The translations under genes and the position numbers were made by a program. DNA of 63,624 nucleotides, the filler included, from Octopus bimaculoides (Eukaryota), in the NCBI RefSeq assembly GCF_001194135.2. It is 4 parts of 3 records of this genome, joined end to end, with 100 filler letters (N's around TTAATTAATTAA, not from the genome) between each part and the next. Parts side by side here need not be neighbours in the genome. Positions count along the whole stretch, not along the records: positions 24,619 to 52,076 come from NC_068991.1; 3 more parts are not named here. One strand, written 5' to 3'. Numbering within the stretch: the first letter of the stretch is position 1; each line of letters opens with the position of its first letter. Below are positions 38,235 through 51,619 of the stretch, piece by piece. The notes beneath the pieces were generated by a model. The model did not search any database, was not told where the DNA came from, and saw nothing but the letters and a program-made list of their open reading frames with translations.

Positions 38235-38978
38235 AGTTAGGTTGATTTGATGATAGCGTTGGCTTCACGTTTGTGTTGGCTTGATGATAATGATGACTTA
38301 CAGATACTCTTCACTTCATTATAATGTTGGCTTTAGGAGATCTTTGACTTGATGAGCGACCTGGTTTGATGATCATATTAACTTCATGATAGCTTTGGTT
38401 TCATGATATTGCTATTTGGATGAAAATGTTGGTATATTAATAATTTTGATTTAATGATCGTGTTAGTTTGATAGTGTTGCTTATCACCAAGCGAAGACTA
38501 TCGTGAAGCATGCTCTGTGGTTGAGAAATGCTCTCATGAGGCCAATACTATCATTAAGCCAACCCTCTCATCAAACCAACTTTTTTTTATCAAACCATCA
38601 CTCTCATCAATATAATGTGTTTATGAAGCCAACACTACCACAAAGCCAATGGTATCATGAAACAAACACTACCATGAAGCCAACACTACCATAAATCTAA
38701 CACAATCAAGTCAAAATTGCCGCCAAACGACGCTATCATATAAACCCAGCACTATAATGAAGCTAACACTTTCAACTCCACCCTATCATCAATCCAATAT
38801 TCTGAATCCATAACTCTCATGAAGTCAACATTATCAACGAGCAAGCATTGTCACGAAGCCAACAGTATCATCAGATCAAAACTATCATGAAGCTGATGAT
38901 AGTGTTGTCTTCATAAAAGTGTTAATCGACTATGTTGATTTCACAATAGTTTGGGTTCATGATAGCGTTGGTTTGAGC
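38235..38978. repeat. Degenerate ~17-bp minisatellite (CATGAAGCCAACACTAT) in alternating orientations
   Basis: Reverse units about 38235-38485, forward units about 38490-38892, reverse units about 38893-38978. Confidence 0.8.
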
Positions 38979-39744
38979 TTTCTCAATTGCTGTAATGTTA
39001 ATCAGGTAGTCTTCGTATCTGAACAACATATTTTGCATTGTAGAATAGGGATGAAGTAACTACAGAGTGATGCAGCACGTGTTTCATCTGTTGTTTTAAG
39101 ATTTTTGTGTCTGAAGTCATGTTTTAATTTCAACATGGTCGGTATGAATCATGTTTGCCACGTCTTTCTTGGAGTTGATTTGTGTGAATTTAAGACTTGC
39201 AAAGTAGAGAAAAAGATCCATCTATTCCAGTAACGTGTTCAAGCTGTTGTTATTGAAATCTGGTATGATTATTTCTGCAGTATTTTGAACTCTTTGGTTT
39301 TCTGGATCTTGATTATCATACCAAACCCATCATACACGTTCTTGAAGTTGTTAACCGACTGTTACATATCCCTGTGTGTTATCGAAACATAATTACCTGA
39401 TTATTGCAGCTGTTTGATGCAAATGCCATTGTACAATCTTCGCGAGTTTGAAAAGTCCTCCTTTAGCGAAGTACAAGGTCTCCACTTCCAACTATTCTGT
39501 TGTTGATAGTCCATGAAGCATAGCTGCCAAGTACGGGAGAAAGGATATTGGAGCTATTACATAACGTGCATTCAGTCAGTTAGTGACCAGAAACACTTCA
39601 GTGATGTTGTTTTGAGAAGATATATGAAGAGAGGACGTAAATAATGTTTGTAAGTTAAGGGAGAATCTGGCTTATAAGTAAGATTTCGGGAGCAAGATGA
39701 TGAAATGTTTCCCGCGACGATAATGATTGTATGAATACCGGTTC

Positions 39745-40749
39745 CAAATTTTGGGACAATGCTAGCAATTTCAGAGAAGGAGTAAGTTGATTACACCCCA
39801 CTGCACAAATATTACTTATTTTAGCGTTCCCGAAAGGATGAAAGGCAAAGTCGACCTAAGCGGAATTTGAACACAAAACGTAAAATAACTAAATGCCGCT
39901 AAGTATTTTGCCAAGCGTGCAAACGATTCTGCCAGCTCACCGCTTTTAATGTATGAGTTATATTATTACGTAAGCTGTCACCAGGCGAAATATGTACACT
40001 TATCCAGCTCTTTTCACTCATTGTGAATATTTTTATAGCAATAATAAGTGTATATTACCAATCAATTATCAATTTTTAATAACCATATTAAACCTGATGT
40101 ATACATTTATGTAATTACATTACGAAATTACTTTGGTATTCCATCCGTATGGAAGACAATAGCTAACGAAGTACTAACACTTTAATGCTGTTTGAAAAGA
40201 AAATACGTTTGTGTTTCTTGGAGCGCTTCAGTCAAACGGAAACTGGTTTTATCGTATTTGCAAAAGATCTCATCAAATTAATATTAATCCTCAAATTAAT
40301 GTTTAAGATGAAATGACTTCTATAATAGCTCGAGACAGCCTAAAGCCTTGTGATGGAAATTGGTAGACGAAAACTGTACGGAAGCACGTCATATGTATTA
40401 TATATAATAAATACATAGAGTCTGACGCATCGCCTTTACAGCTAAGCGCTTTGTAGGTGCGAAACCAATGATTTCGGCCACAAATTTTGTCTTCTTAAAA
40501 TTTTTTTTTTTTTTTTCCGTGTTTTTCTCCTTGTCTCCGTATTCTTTCTGTTGAAGAGCGTAGCTCGAAACGTCAAAGACTTTCCGTATTCCCGAGCGTC
40601 ATACTAATATATCCTTTGTTATATCCTGTTGTTATATCCTGTTGTTATTATTTGNNNNNNNNNNNNNNNNNNNNNNNNNNNNNNNNNNNNNNNNNNNNNN
40701 NNNNNNNNNNNNNNNNNNNNNNNNNNNNNNNNNNNNNNNNNNNNNNNNN

Positions 40750-40788
<39 letters not shown>

Positions 40789-41282
40789 ATTATCTCTAAA
40801 AATAATAACATTAGTGGCCGCAAGCATAAAAGCCGTCCGTCTTTGTATTGTCTCTCCTGCAAGGATGAAATGTAAAGTTGACCTTAGCGGAATTGGAAGT
40901 CAGATCGTAAAGATGGAGGAAATGCCGCTAAGTATTTTGTCCAGCATGCTAACGATTTCCCTATGTCATAGCTTTAAAAATTATTTTGTCCCGTACGCTA
41001 ACGATTTTGCTAGGTCACCGCCTTAAAATTAATTACTGCTCAATACGTTACCATATGTGACACATTTTAAATTTAGGAAAACGACCAGCAAGTTATTTTC
41101 AGAGTGTGGGTAAGCTGTTTCATCTACCCCAGTGTTGCGCAGGTATTTATTTTATCGATTCTGAAAGAATAAACGATAATGTCGACTGTGGCAAAATTTG
41201 AACTCGGAACGTAAAACGGCAGAAGAAATGCCGCTAATTATTTTATCGAATTCGCTGACGATTTTACCATCTCACTGCCTGG
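39745..41282 (-). mobile_element. Cluster of family A SINEs (about 39745-39945, 40800-40960, 41070-41282)
   Basis: Repeated GAAAGGATGAAA...GTCGAC...GGAATTTGAA...GCCGCTAAG blocks, same orientation. Confidence 0.75.
40543..40579 (+). ncRNA. Minimal type I hammerhead ribozyme motif (PLE pLTR type), core variant
   Basis: TCTTT-CTGTTGA-A-GAGC-GTA-GCTC-GAAAC-GTC-AAAGA: 5-bp stem I, 4-bp stem II, palindromic ACGT stem III, GUC site; A6 replaced by U. Confidence 0.6.
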
Positions 41283-41785
41283 GTGTGTGTGCGTGTTTAA
41301 TATCAGATCAGTTAAAGTTTATTTCATGCAACTGTTTTAAATAGAGTTAATTGCTTGACTTTTCTTAATCATAAGCGACTCATATGCATGTATATATTTG
41401 TGATGGTTATAATGTTATAGAATGATTTAAAATGTATTTTAAAATAAAATAAAATAAAATATCTAATTTATTGTCATTTATGATATGTACAAATAATTCA
41501 ATGGTTTAAGCCATCTCTGTGCATTAGCAGTTCTGTATATATGCAGGTGTTCTGCTTTATAAAAATAATGTGTCGTATCAAATATGTAATAAATCAGAAA
41601 GAAACGGGTTTATCTTGCCCTTTGTGTATCACATCTTAAGTATGAGGATGAAGGGTGGACAGCAGGAGAAGGGCGAGGCAATAACATTGAAGGAGGAGGA
41701 GAATTATGTATGTATGTATGCATGTATGTATGCATACATGCATGTATGTATGTAAGTATGTATGCATGTATGTAAGTATGTATGC

Positions 41786-41833
<48 letters not shown>

Positions 41834-43303
41834 NNNNNNNNNNNNNNNNNNNNNNNNNNNNNNNNNNNNNNNNNNNNNNNNNNNNNNNNNNNNNNNNNNN
41901 NNNNNNNNNNNNNNNNNNNNNNNNNNNNNNNNNNNNNNNNNNNNNNNNNNNNNNNNNNNNNNNNNNNNNNNNNNNNNNNNNNNNNNNNNNNNNNNNNNNN
42001 NNNNNNNNNNNNNNNNNNNNNNNNNNNNNNNNNNNNNNNNNNNNNNNNNNNNNNNNNNNNNNNNNNNNNNNNNNNNNNNNNNNNNNNNNNNNNNNNNNNN
42101 NNNNNNNNNNNNNNNNNNNNNNNNNNNNNNNNNNNNNNNNNNNNNNNNNNNNNNNNNNNNAGAAGAAGAAGAAGAAGAAGAAGAAGAAGAAGAAGAAGAA
42201 GAAGAAGAAGAAGAAGAAGAAGAAGAAGAAGAAGAAGAAGAAGAAGAAGACGAAGAAGAAGAAGAAGAAATCATCCAAGGAAAGTGGTTGGAGCAATTTT
42301 TTTTAGAATCAAAGTTGAGACAAAAATAAAGTGAGAAATAACAGAAAAACAAGGCAAAAACTAAATTAAGTGCAAAGGTGATAGAAATGGATAATTATGG
42401 AAAATAACGAAATGGAAACAGTTTAGAGAGAATCTAAAACTTACAGAGGAATAGAAGGAAATAAGCGAGAGGAAAGTCTATAAAAGACAAATGAGAAACG
42501 AGGGAGAGGAAACAATGAGGAATGACATTGAATAATTTAGTTGATGGAGAAGAATGAAAACGGTTAGGACTTTAAGTAGAAATATAGGAAAATAAGTAGA
42601 AAGGAACTTTAAATTGACAGATGCATTATCATACCATTATGTTTAAAACTTCGTTATTATCAGCGATCTGGTAGAATCATTTGCATGCCGGACCACATGC
42701 ATAGCAGTATTTCGTCCGTCTTTATGGTCTTTGTTCAAATTATGCCGAGGCTGACTCTGCCCGTCATCCTTCCATCCTTGATGTTGCTGAATTGAAAGAT
42801 GTACGAAATTGAAATGTGCATTGGCTCTGACTCATCGTCTTGACTTATATGTTACCTACAATGGGGTCTTCAGAGCATGCCATGTTACATTAAATTTTTA
42901 CTCTCGTAAACTTGTGACCTCTGCATGTTACTTCTAAAATAATTATTTTTACTATAATTTTTTTGTTTTCTAGGTGTTGGATTGTGACCAGGTAAATTTT
43001 TAAATATAAACTTCTTTTGTTAACGGGGAAAAATGGAAAAATAAGAGTGAATATTATTTTATTCTATGAGTTCTAAGTATTATTTCGATAAAATTGTGCA
43101 TGAAGTATATAAAGTGCATTAAGTAATCATCGTATTCCAATTTGCTTCACTTTTCAATGAGTAGCAGACGAGCGACTATCTTTTGATACAGACACAAGAC
43201 CGGTTACTCTTTCAGGTATTTTTGGATAAAGTTTTCAGAAATAACCCAATAAGTTTACCAGCATATCCGTGAAATATTTTCAGGTCCCACTTGTTATTAT
43301 TAA

Positions 43304-43500
43304 GGCGACGGACAGGCACAATCGTTGCACGCTGTGCGAAGTGCTTAGCGATATTTCGTCTGTCGCTACGTCCTGAGTTCAAATTCCACCGAGTTTGGCT
43401 TTGCCTTTCATCCTTTCTAGGGCGATGAAATAAGTACCAGTTACGCATTGGGATCAATATAATCGACTTATCCCCTCCCCTCAAATTTCAGGCCTTGTGC
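43304..43500 (+). mobile_element. SINE family A, tail type A
   Basis: AAGGCGACGGAC.GGCA head through AAATTTCAGGCCTTGTGC tail. Confidence 0.85.
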
Positions 43501-43512
43501 TTATTCGAGATA

Positions 43513-44218
43513 ACTTTACAGGCTCGGAAGTGCTGTCAGCTGAGCATGTCCGAGATGCGTGCTGGACGAAAAGACGGTCTTGCATGTATCGTCCAGTGCC
43601 CGAGCACTGCTGTCGCGTGTAGGACGGATCCGGCTGTCAAATGAATTCATTGTGAAGATCGCCTCACCGCCTTCCTTTAACCGAAAAGGAAAGGCTGTGT
43701 CTAATTGCCTGACGGCCATGGCGAAAGAGTTTGTATGGTAGACAAGATTGAAGGGGCCGAAGACAAACACTTTTGTCTTCGGCCAGTCTCTGGTCAACTT
43801 CTTCAAGTTTCACTTGAAAAGGACAATAAGGGTAGAGAGGGAAGTGTTGTCTTCTGGTCAGTTTATTGAAAGGTGGATGAAAGTGACGAGAATGGTGCGA
43901 GTGAACGGGCCTGCCCTGAGCATATACCTGTAGGTGAGAAAAGAAGGTAAGGAAAAAGGCATCTGCCTCAAAAGTCAGAGTACCCATGGATTTTTATGGG
44001 GTTTTTCTATGAGCAGCTCTCGAACGTCTCCCCACTATGGAAGATTACCCATTGTTGATTTCTTTCTTTCTTTTTTATAATTTTGTTAGTCTTGGTTATA
44101 CGCAATACCCTCACAACACACACTTACACACGTACGCACACACATTCTTTATTTTGACCTGTACTGTCCATAATGTTTTTCTTAATGTAAACGCTCATGG
44201 TTTATAAAGAAAGGATTA
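43513..44218 (+). mobile_element. Tx1/L1-clade LINE 3' fragment (ORF2 C-terminus plus 3' UTR)
   Basis: CPRCVLDEKTVLHV...KFHLKRTIRVEREVLSSGQFIERWMKVTRMVRVNG; homologous to 46421-47085; ends ATAAAGAAAGGA then (TAT)n. Confidence 0.85.
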
Positions 44219-44248
44219 CTATTATTATTATTATTATTATTATTATTA

Positions 44249-44291
<43 letters not shown>

Positions 44292-44324
44292 CATTATTAT
44301 CATTATTATTATTATTGTTGTTGT

Positions 44325-47085
44325 TGTTGTCGACTTAGATTGGCTTTATTGACAGGAACCCGATAACTGGAAGTTAAACACGTCGTTGCCGGCGCGTAAC
44401 GATTTCAGTGACCAGATTAGTGAACTAGTTAAGAGGACGTTGACGGAGGCAATGATCAACAATAAATGGTGAGAATAGAATCGATAAGGTTTAGCAAAGG
44501 ACTAACAATAGAAAGAAACAGAGTAGAGACAGAACTAGTCAGGAAGTTATACGCAGCGAGATTGGCACTCGACCGATTCTTCAGCGCGAAACACGAAGGT
44601 TACGTTGTCAGAGCTAAGGCACGAGACCTAGACACGAAGGAACGAAAGTTGTTCAATGGGCCCGAGTGGAAGAGACACGGTGTAGCAATAAATCCATGAA
44701 CTGATCCTTGCCGGACCACGAATGGAAAATGATAATTGATCCGAGACAGAGGTGTGTGTCCTTTCAGCGGCGCTTTGCTTACCTGTTCGGGACAGCGGTG
44801 AGCCGGGTCGCAGGATGGATTTCCCGTCTTACCTAGATGGACTGCTGCGGCTTTCGGCGACGGAGGTGAAGCGCTGCGAAAGGCCATTAACAGCCTTTGT
44901 AATGCGGGAAACAATGACTAGCTGTACAAATGGGTAAATCGCCTGGTTTGGATGGTCTGCAAGCTTTACGCTTACATGCCAGACTTGTTCGGGGAACTCT
45001 TAGCAAACATTTGCTGCAACTGGCAACAGAATGGGAGAATTCCTAGTTTTAGGAATGTGAGCTGAGAAACGATGGTGTTGCTGTGAAAAGACCCGAACAA
45101 GGGTATTGTATTGACAACTTTAGGCCCATAACTACTGAATGCAGAGTTCAAAATTTTGACCAAAGTGTTAGCTACATGGTTGGCGCTTGTCGTCAGGGAT
45201 ATGGTAGGAGAAGCACAGACATGTGTCATCCATAAAAGATCCGTCCACGACAACCTCCACCTCATGCAATACATCATTTAGAAAATGGCTTAAGAACCTG
45301 GAGTCCCGATCAATTAAGATCAGTCTAAAGTTTTCGATAGGGTCGACCATCTATATCTAGCGGTGGTTCTCAGGGCAGCTAGTTTTGGGCCTGTATTCAG
45401 GGGCTGGATCGCTGTAGTGCACAGTTACATCTGTTCAGTGGTCAGAGTCAACTGTCAGGTCTCAGAGCCGTTCAACGTCAAGCGCTCGGTTGGTCCGGCA
45501 AAGTTTCTCCCTCTTGTCTCTCTTGTACGTGCTGACTCTTGAGCCCCTACTACACAAACCGGAGGCGTTGAGAGGCATCCCACGTGACCTAAGATGTGTA
45601 GATGCATGTCGGCATATGTCAATGACGTCACCGTAGTGGTGTCGGATCATTATCACATATAAATGATCAGCACTGCTCTCAGGGATTATGAGGCGGTTTC
45701 ACGAGTGATAGTTAACCAGGAAAAATCAGTGGGCTTGAGGCTCGGTACCTAGAGAAGCAAATCCATGCTGTCCAACTGAGTCGTTGGGCGCTGGACAAAA
45801 ACTGAGACAAGGTAACGAGCAGGGAGAAAGCTATCCCTGGATGGTCCGGCAGAGGTGGCTAACGCATATATCGCGTCTGTCAGCTACTATCCGTTGACTG
45901 TCGTGCCTTGTCCTGGCCACTGTCTGATTACACTGGAGCCTATACTCTTTCACTTCTTGTGGAAGGGACGCGTTCCGATTGTCAAGCGGTCTATCTGCTG
46001 TCAGAACCCACTGCATGGTGACCTGGGCATGCTACGGTTGACGATGTGCAGACATGCGCTGAGGCTACGACATCTCCAGTGCTTCCTTGACGATGAACAG
46101 GTGTGGCCGCCGCTCGCCAGACATGTATTTTCGCAACTAGTTTATTTAACGGAACTGCAAACCTGGGTAAAACAGAGACCGAGGTGGAGCACTTGGAAAG
46201 TGGAATGTCTTCAAGTGCTCACAGCCCTTAGCCAATCGGACAGTGTGATAAGTGGAATGTCAACTTTAGCTTTTTATAGAGGATTAGTGGAGGAAAAGTG
46301 CGACGATGTTCTTGGGGAGACCTTGGGCGTCGAAGAAGATCAGCTAGTTGCTCTTTTCCAGAGAGCTTTCGGGCGGGGACCCTGTCCTGGCAGTGCTACG
46401 GGGGAGCTTTGCTTGTTCAAAATAAACTTTACAGGCACGGAAGTCCGAAATGCATGACGACGAGACGGTCCTGCATGCGCTCATCCAGTGCCCGTGGCCT
46501 TATGCCGAACACCTGCTGTCGCGTGTGAGACGGATCCGCCTGTCAAATGAATCTATCGTAAAGATCGCCTCACCACCTTCCTTTAACTGGGGAGGAAAGG
46601 CTGTGTTTATATGCCTAGTGACCATGGCAAAAGAGGTTGTATGGTGAACAAAATTGAAGGGGCTTCGGTCAATCTCTGATCAACTTCTTCAAGTTTCACT
46701 TGAAAAGGAGGATAAGGGTAAAGAGGGAAGTGTTGTCTTCTAGCCGGTTTGCTGAAAGGGGGATGAAAGTGGCGACTTTGGTGCGAGTGAACGGGCCAAC
46801 CCTGAGTATACGCTTGTAGTTGAGAAAAAAAAAGGAAAGAAAAAAAAGCACTTTCTCCAAAAGTCAGGGTACCCATGTATTTTTATGGGATTTTTCCATG
46901 AGCAGCCCTCAAACGTCTCCTTCCTATTGAGGATTATACATTGTTGATTTCTTTCTTCCCTTAAAAAAAAAAAAAATTGTTGCTCTTGTTTACACGCAAA
47001 ACCCTCACAACCACACACTCACACACATTCTTTGATTTGTCCTGTGCTGTCCATATTGTTTTTCTTAATGTAAACCCTTGTGTCG
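44325..47085 (+). mobile_element. Tx1/L1-clade LINE, 5'-truncated ORF2 relic plus 3' UTR
   Basis: WKLNTSL; TLNAEFKILTKVLA; DQSKVFDRVDH; LYVLTLEPLL; YVNDVT; C-terminal CP.C...ETVLHALIQCP. Confidence 0.92.
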
Positions 47086-47148
47086 GAGGTATTGAAAGCG
47101 ATTCTATGATGAAAAACCGTGAAACATAATAGAAAGTGTTTGTTGGTT

Positions 47149-47204
<56 letters not shown>

Positions 47205-47207
47205 TGT

Positions 47208-47243
<36 letters not shown>

Positions 47244-47597
47244 TTTCTATCACACACAATTATCAAGAATGGACAATTAAAAACACTGAGAGAGGGAGAG
47301 GGGGTAACAAACAACATTTTGCACATTAGCGAAAGAGATGCTAAATTATCATCGGACATGAGAAGGATCTTTCAACATTTATCTGTTTCATTTATTTTAT
47401 TGTTCTTTTAATATTATGATGACGACGATGACGATGATGATGATGACGAAGACGCTGACGATGGTTGTGATACCTTCATGTCAATGTCCTCTAGCGGTCA
47501 GTTCGACCTTAGCCCTAAGTAACAGATAAGATCAACGAACGGCTGACAAGTATCAATGGATGAAAGCTCTCTTGTCGCTAGGAGCGGTTGATGAGTT

Positions 47598-47653
<56 letters not shown>

Positions 47654-47933
47654 GCACGCACGCATACATACATGCATAAATATATACATACATACATAGG
47701 AACATAATGAACATTAACTGCTGACGGCGCACACAATTCCAGTAAATGCATGTTGAAAGATTCGCAAACAGAAGCAACAAGAGAAGCCGCAACAATCTTA
47801 AGTATTCCATGAGGAGTTTTCAATAGGAAACTGACAGAAGATTTCATCGTCATTCGCAAAACAATTATTGGGGTTTATTGATCTGTAAAAGCAACGTTAA
47901 ACTGTATTATTGTTATTATTATATTATACTTAA

Positions 47934-48130
47934 GGCGGCGAGCTGGCAGAATCGTAAGCACACCGGGCGAAATTCTTAGTGGAATTTCGTCTGTCACTTC
48001 GTTCTGAGTTCAAATTGTGCCGAGTTCGACTTTTCCTTTCATTCTTTCGAGGTCGATAACATAAATACCAGCTGAGTACTGGGGGTTGATGTGATCCACT
48101 TCCCCCACCCCTACAAATTTCACTCCTTGT
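47934..48130 (+). mobile_element. SINE family A
   Basis: GGCGGCGAGCTGGCAGAATCG head and full central box. Confidence 0.85.
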
Positions 48131-48636
<506 letters not shown>

Positions 48637-48639
48637 GTT

Positions 48640-49018
48640 GGAGGCGCAATGGCCCAGTGGTTAGGGCAGCGGACTCGAAGTCATAAGATCGAGGTTTCGA
48701 TTCCCAGACCGGGCGTTGTAAGTGTTTATTGAGCGAAAACGCCTAAAACTCCTCGAGGCTCCGGCAGGGGATGGTGGCGAACCCTGCTGTAGTCTTCCAC
48801 CACAACTTTCTCTCACTGTTTCTGTTGTACCTCTATTTCAAAGGGCAAGCCTTGTCACACTGTGTCATGCTGAATATCCCCGAGAACTACATTAAGGGTA
48901 CACGACGTGTCTGTGGAGTGCTCAGCCACTTGCACGTTAATTTCACGAGCAGGCTGTTCCGTTGATCGGATCAACTGGAACACTCGACGTCGTAAGCGAC
49001 GGAGTGCCAACAACAACA
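48640..49018 (+). mobile_element. SINE family B, full length
   Basis: Homologous to 6025-6415. Confidence 0.9.
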
Positions 49019-49058
49019 TTATTATTATTATTATTATAATTATTATTATTATTATTAT

Positions 49059-49103
<45 letters not shown>

Positions 49104-49716
49104 ATACAGTAGCAGTAGTGGTCGTAGTTGTAGTTGCTGTTGTTGTTTAACCACAGATATCAGCGTTACATATGAACAAACAATCCTTTGGAATAAATTC
49201 ATATCTGCAATTGTCGCCGATGTATCTTTTCATTTCTTAACGACACTAGGTGAGATTTCAAGTGAATTCGGCTACTATTTCTAGCAAGCCGACCGACCTG
49301 CACAGAAGATCCCACCACCACCACCACCACCACCATCGTCCACTCATCTTGTTGTGAATAATGTTAATATGATCAATTCAATATAGATGTTTGATCTCAA
49401 TAGTTTTGTTGTTTCGTCTGTTTTTTTTTTTTGCTTGGTCTTGTTGTTGTTGTTGCTGCTGTTATTGTTGTTGATAATGTTATGGTCAATTCAATACAGC
49501 AGTTTGATCTCAGTAGTCATGTTCTTAATGTTTTCGTTACGGTCAATTATTGTACGGTGGTGTTCATCTCTCGATGTTGTTAATGATATTGTTGTAGATT
49601 GTTCATCTAAATAATCCCGTTCGTCTTTGTTTTTACAATTGTTCTTCTTGCTACTGTAGTTTTGGTGATCGATGTTTTATTACTATTATTAAAATTAGTG
49701 TTACATCTCCTTATTA

Positions 49717-49768
<52 letters not shown>

Positions 49769-49788
49769 CATCATCATCATCATCATCA

Positions 49789-49828
<40 letters not shown>

Positions 49829-49851
49829 CATCATCATCATCATCATCATCA

Positions 49852-49895
<44 letters not shown>

Positions 49896-50049
49896 GATGC
49901 AGCTGGCATAATCATTAACACATTGGAAAAACGTTTGACATTTTTTTTCTTTTTTCTGGTCCTCTCCGTTTTAATTTCAAACCCTATCAAGATCAACTTT
50001 GGCCTTTGTCCCTTAGGGTTTCGATGAAACGAAGTCCTAGTCAAGCATT

Positions 50050-51500
50050 GGGCTAATTCGTATCGATTAACACCCTTTCCTAAAATTTCTGTTCTTGTGC
50101 TTAAAACAGATGCCTATATTATTTTTGGTAGAATCGTTAGAGCAACGGACAAAATGTTTTACATTTTTCATCAAGCTCTTTATGTTCTGAGCTCAAATTC
50201 TGTTCAGCGCAACTTTACCTTTCGATTGTACTTGTTCCTCTTAAAAGTGCTTACTTTGAATCTAAATTAAAAAGGTTATTGGCTGAGCTGTTCGACCATT
50301 TGATACAATGCAATCTTTATTCTGACACTCGTTTCTCTGAGTACGAGTCCAGTCGATATGAACAATTTAAGGCAGTTAGCTGGCAGAATCGTTAGCGCAT
50401 CAGATAAAATGCTTAGCGGCATTTCTTCCGGTTTGAAGTTCTGAGGTGAAATTCCATCACGATCGACTTTGCCTTTCATTCTTTCGGAGCCGATAAAATA
50501 ACTACTAGTTAATCACTGGAGTCGATACAATCGACTAGCACCCTCCTACAAAATTTAAAGCCTTGTGCCAAGCGTAGGAAGGATATTAATATGGCGGCCA
50601 TTTGGATTTGACAAAATCGTTAGAGCATCGGAAAAATTGCCTTTCGATATGTCCTCCGGCTTTTCACATACTGAATTCAAATTCCACCGAGGTCAACTCT
50701 GCTTTTCATCATCACGGGGCAATAAACTGTAGTACCAATCAAGCACTGGGTTCACGAGAATCGACTAGCCGTCTCCCTTTAAACTTACTGGTTTTGTGTT
50801 AAAATCAAAGAGAATTATTCTTATCAGGGAAGTTATTTTTTGTTGTCGTTCTGAGAATATAAGATGTTGGTGACAGGGCAACGAGCTACTTAGAATGGTT
50901 AGCACGCCGGGAAAAATGCTTAGCGGTATTCCGTCTGTCTTTACGTTCTGAGTTCAAATTCCGCCGAGGTTGACTTTGCCGTTCATCCTTTCAGGGTCGA
51001 TGAAGTAAGTACCAGTTGCGTACTGGGGTCGATCTGACCGATTGGCCTCCTCCCGAAATATTTCGGGCCTTGTGACTAGAGTAGAAAAGAATCGTTAGCA
51101 CGTCTCACAAAAGCGCATTGCTATATTTTGTCAGCGTTTACGTATTGAGTTCAAATTCTGCTGAGTTTAGCTTCGCCTTACATCCATTCGGGGTCCATAA
51201 AATAAGTACCATTTGTGTACCGGGGTCGAAGTAATTGCTCCGCCTCTACCCTGAAATTGCTGGCTTTGTTTTAATATTTGAAACCCATTTATTTTTTTCT
51301 AGTTGAAAACAGCGATCTGACAGAATTGTTAGCACTCCAGGCAAAATGCTTGGCAGCATTTCGGCTGTCTTTAAGTTTTGAGTTCAAATTCCGCCCAGGT
51401 CGACTTTGCCTTTCATCCTTTCAGAGTCGATGAAATAAGTATCAATCGAGTACTGGAATCAATGTAATCTCCCCAAACTTCAGTCTTAGTTCCTAATGTA
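50050..51500 (+). mobile_element. Head-to-tail array of about 6-7 family A SINEs
   Basis: Repeated GGCAGAATCGTTAGC...GAGTTCAAATTC...CTTTCATCCTTTC...AAGTACCAG blocks at about 50130, 50370, 50590, 50875, 51090, 51310. Confidence 0.85.
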
Positions 51501-51619
51501 AAACGAAATATTTTCTTCCAAATTTCAAACTTTGAAACAACTTCCGATTTTGAACTTGTTTTCCAAACCGTATATTGGAACTAATATTGTTATATTTGGG
51601 AAAAGTCATAATCTATAAT

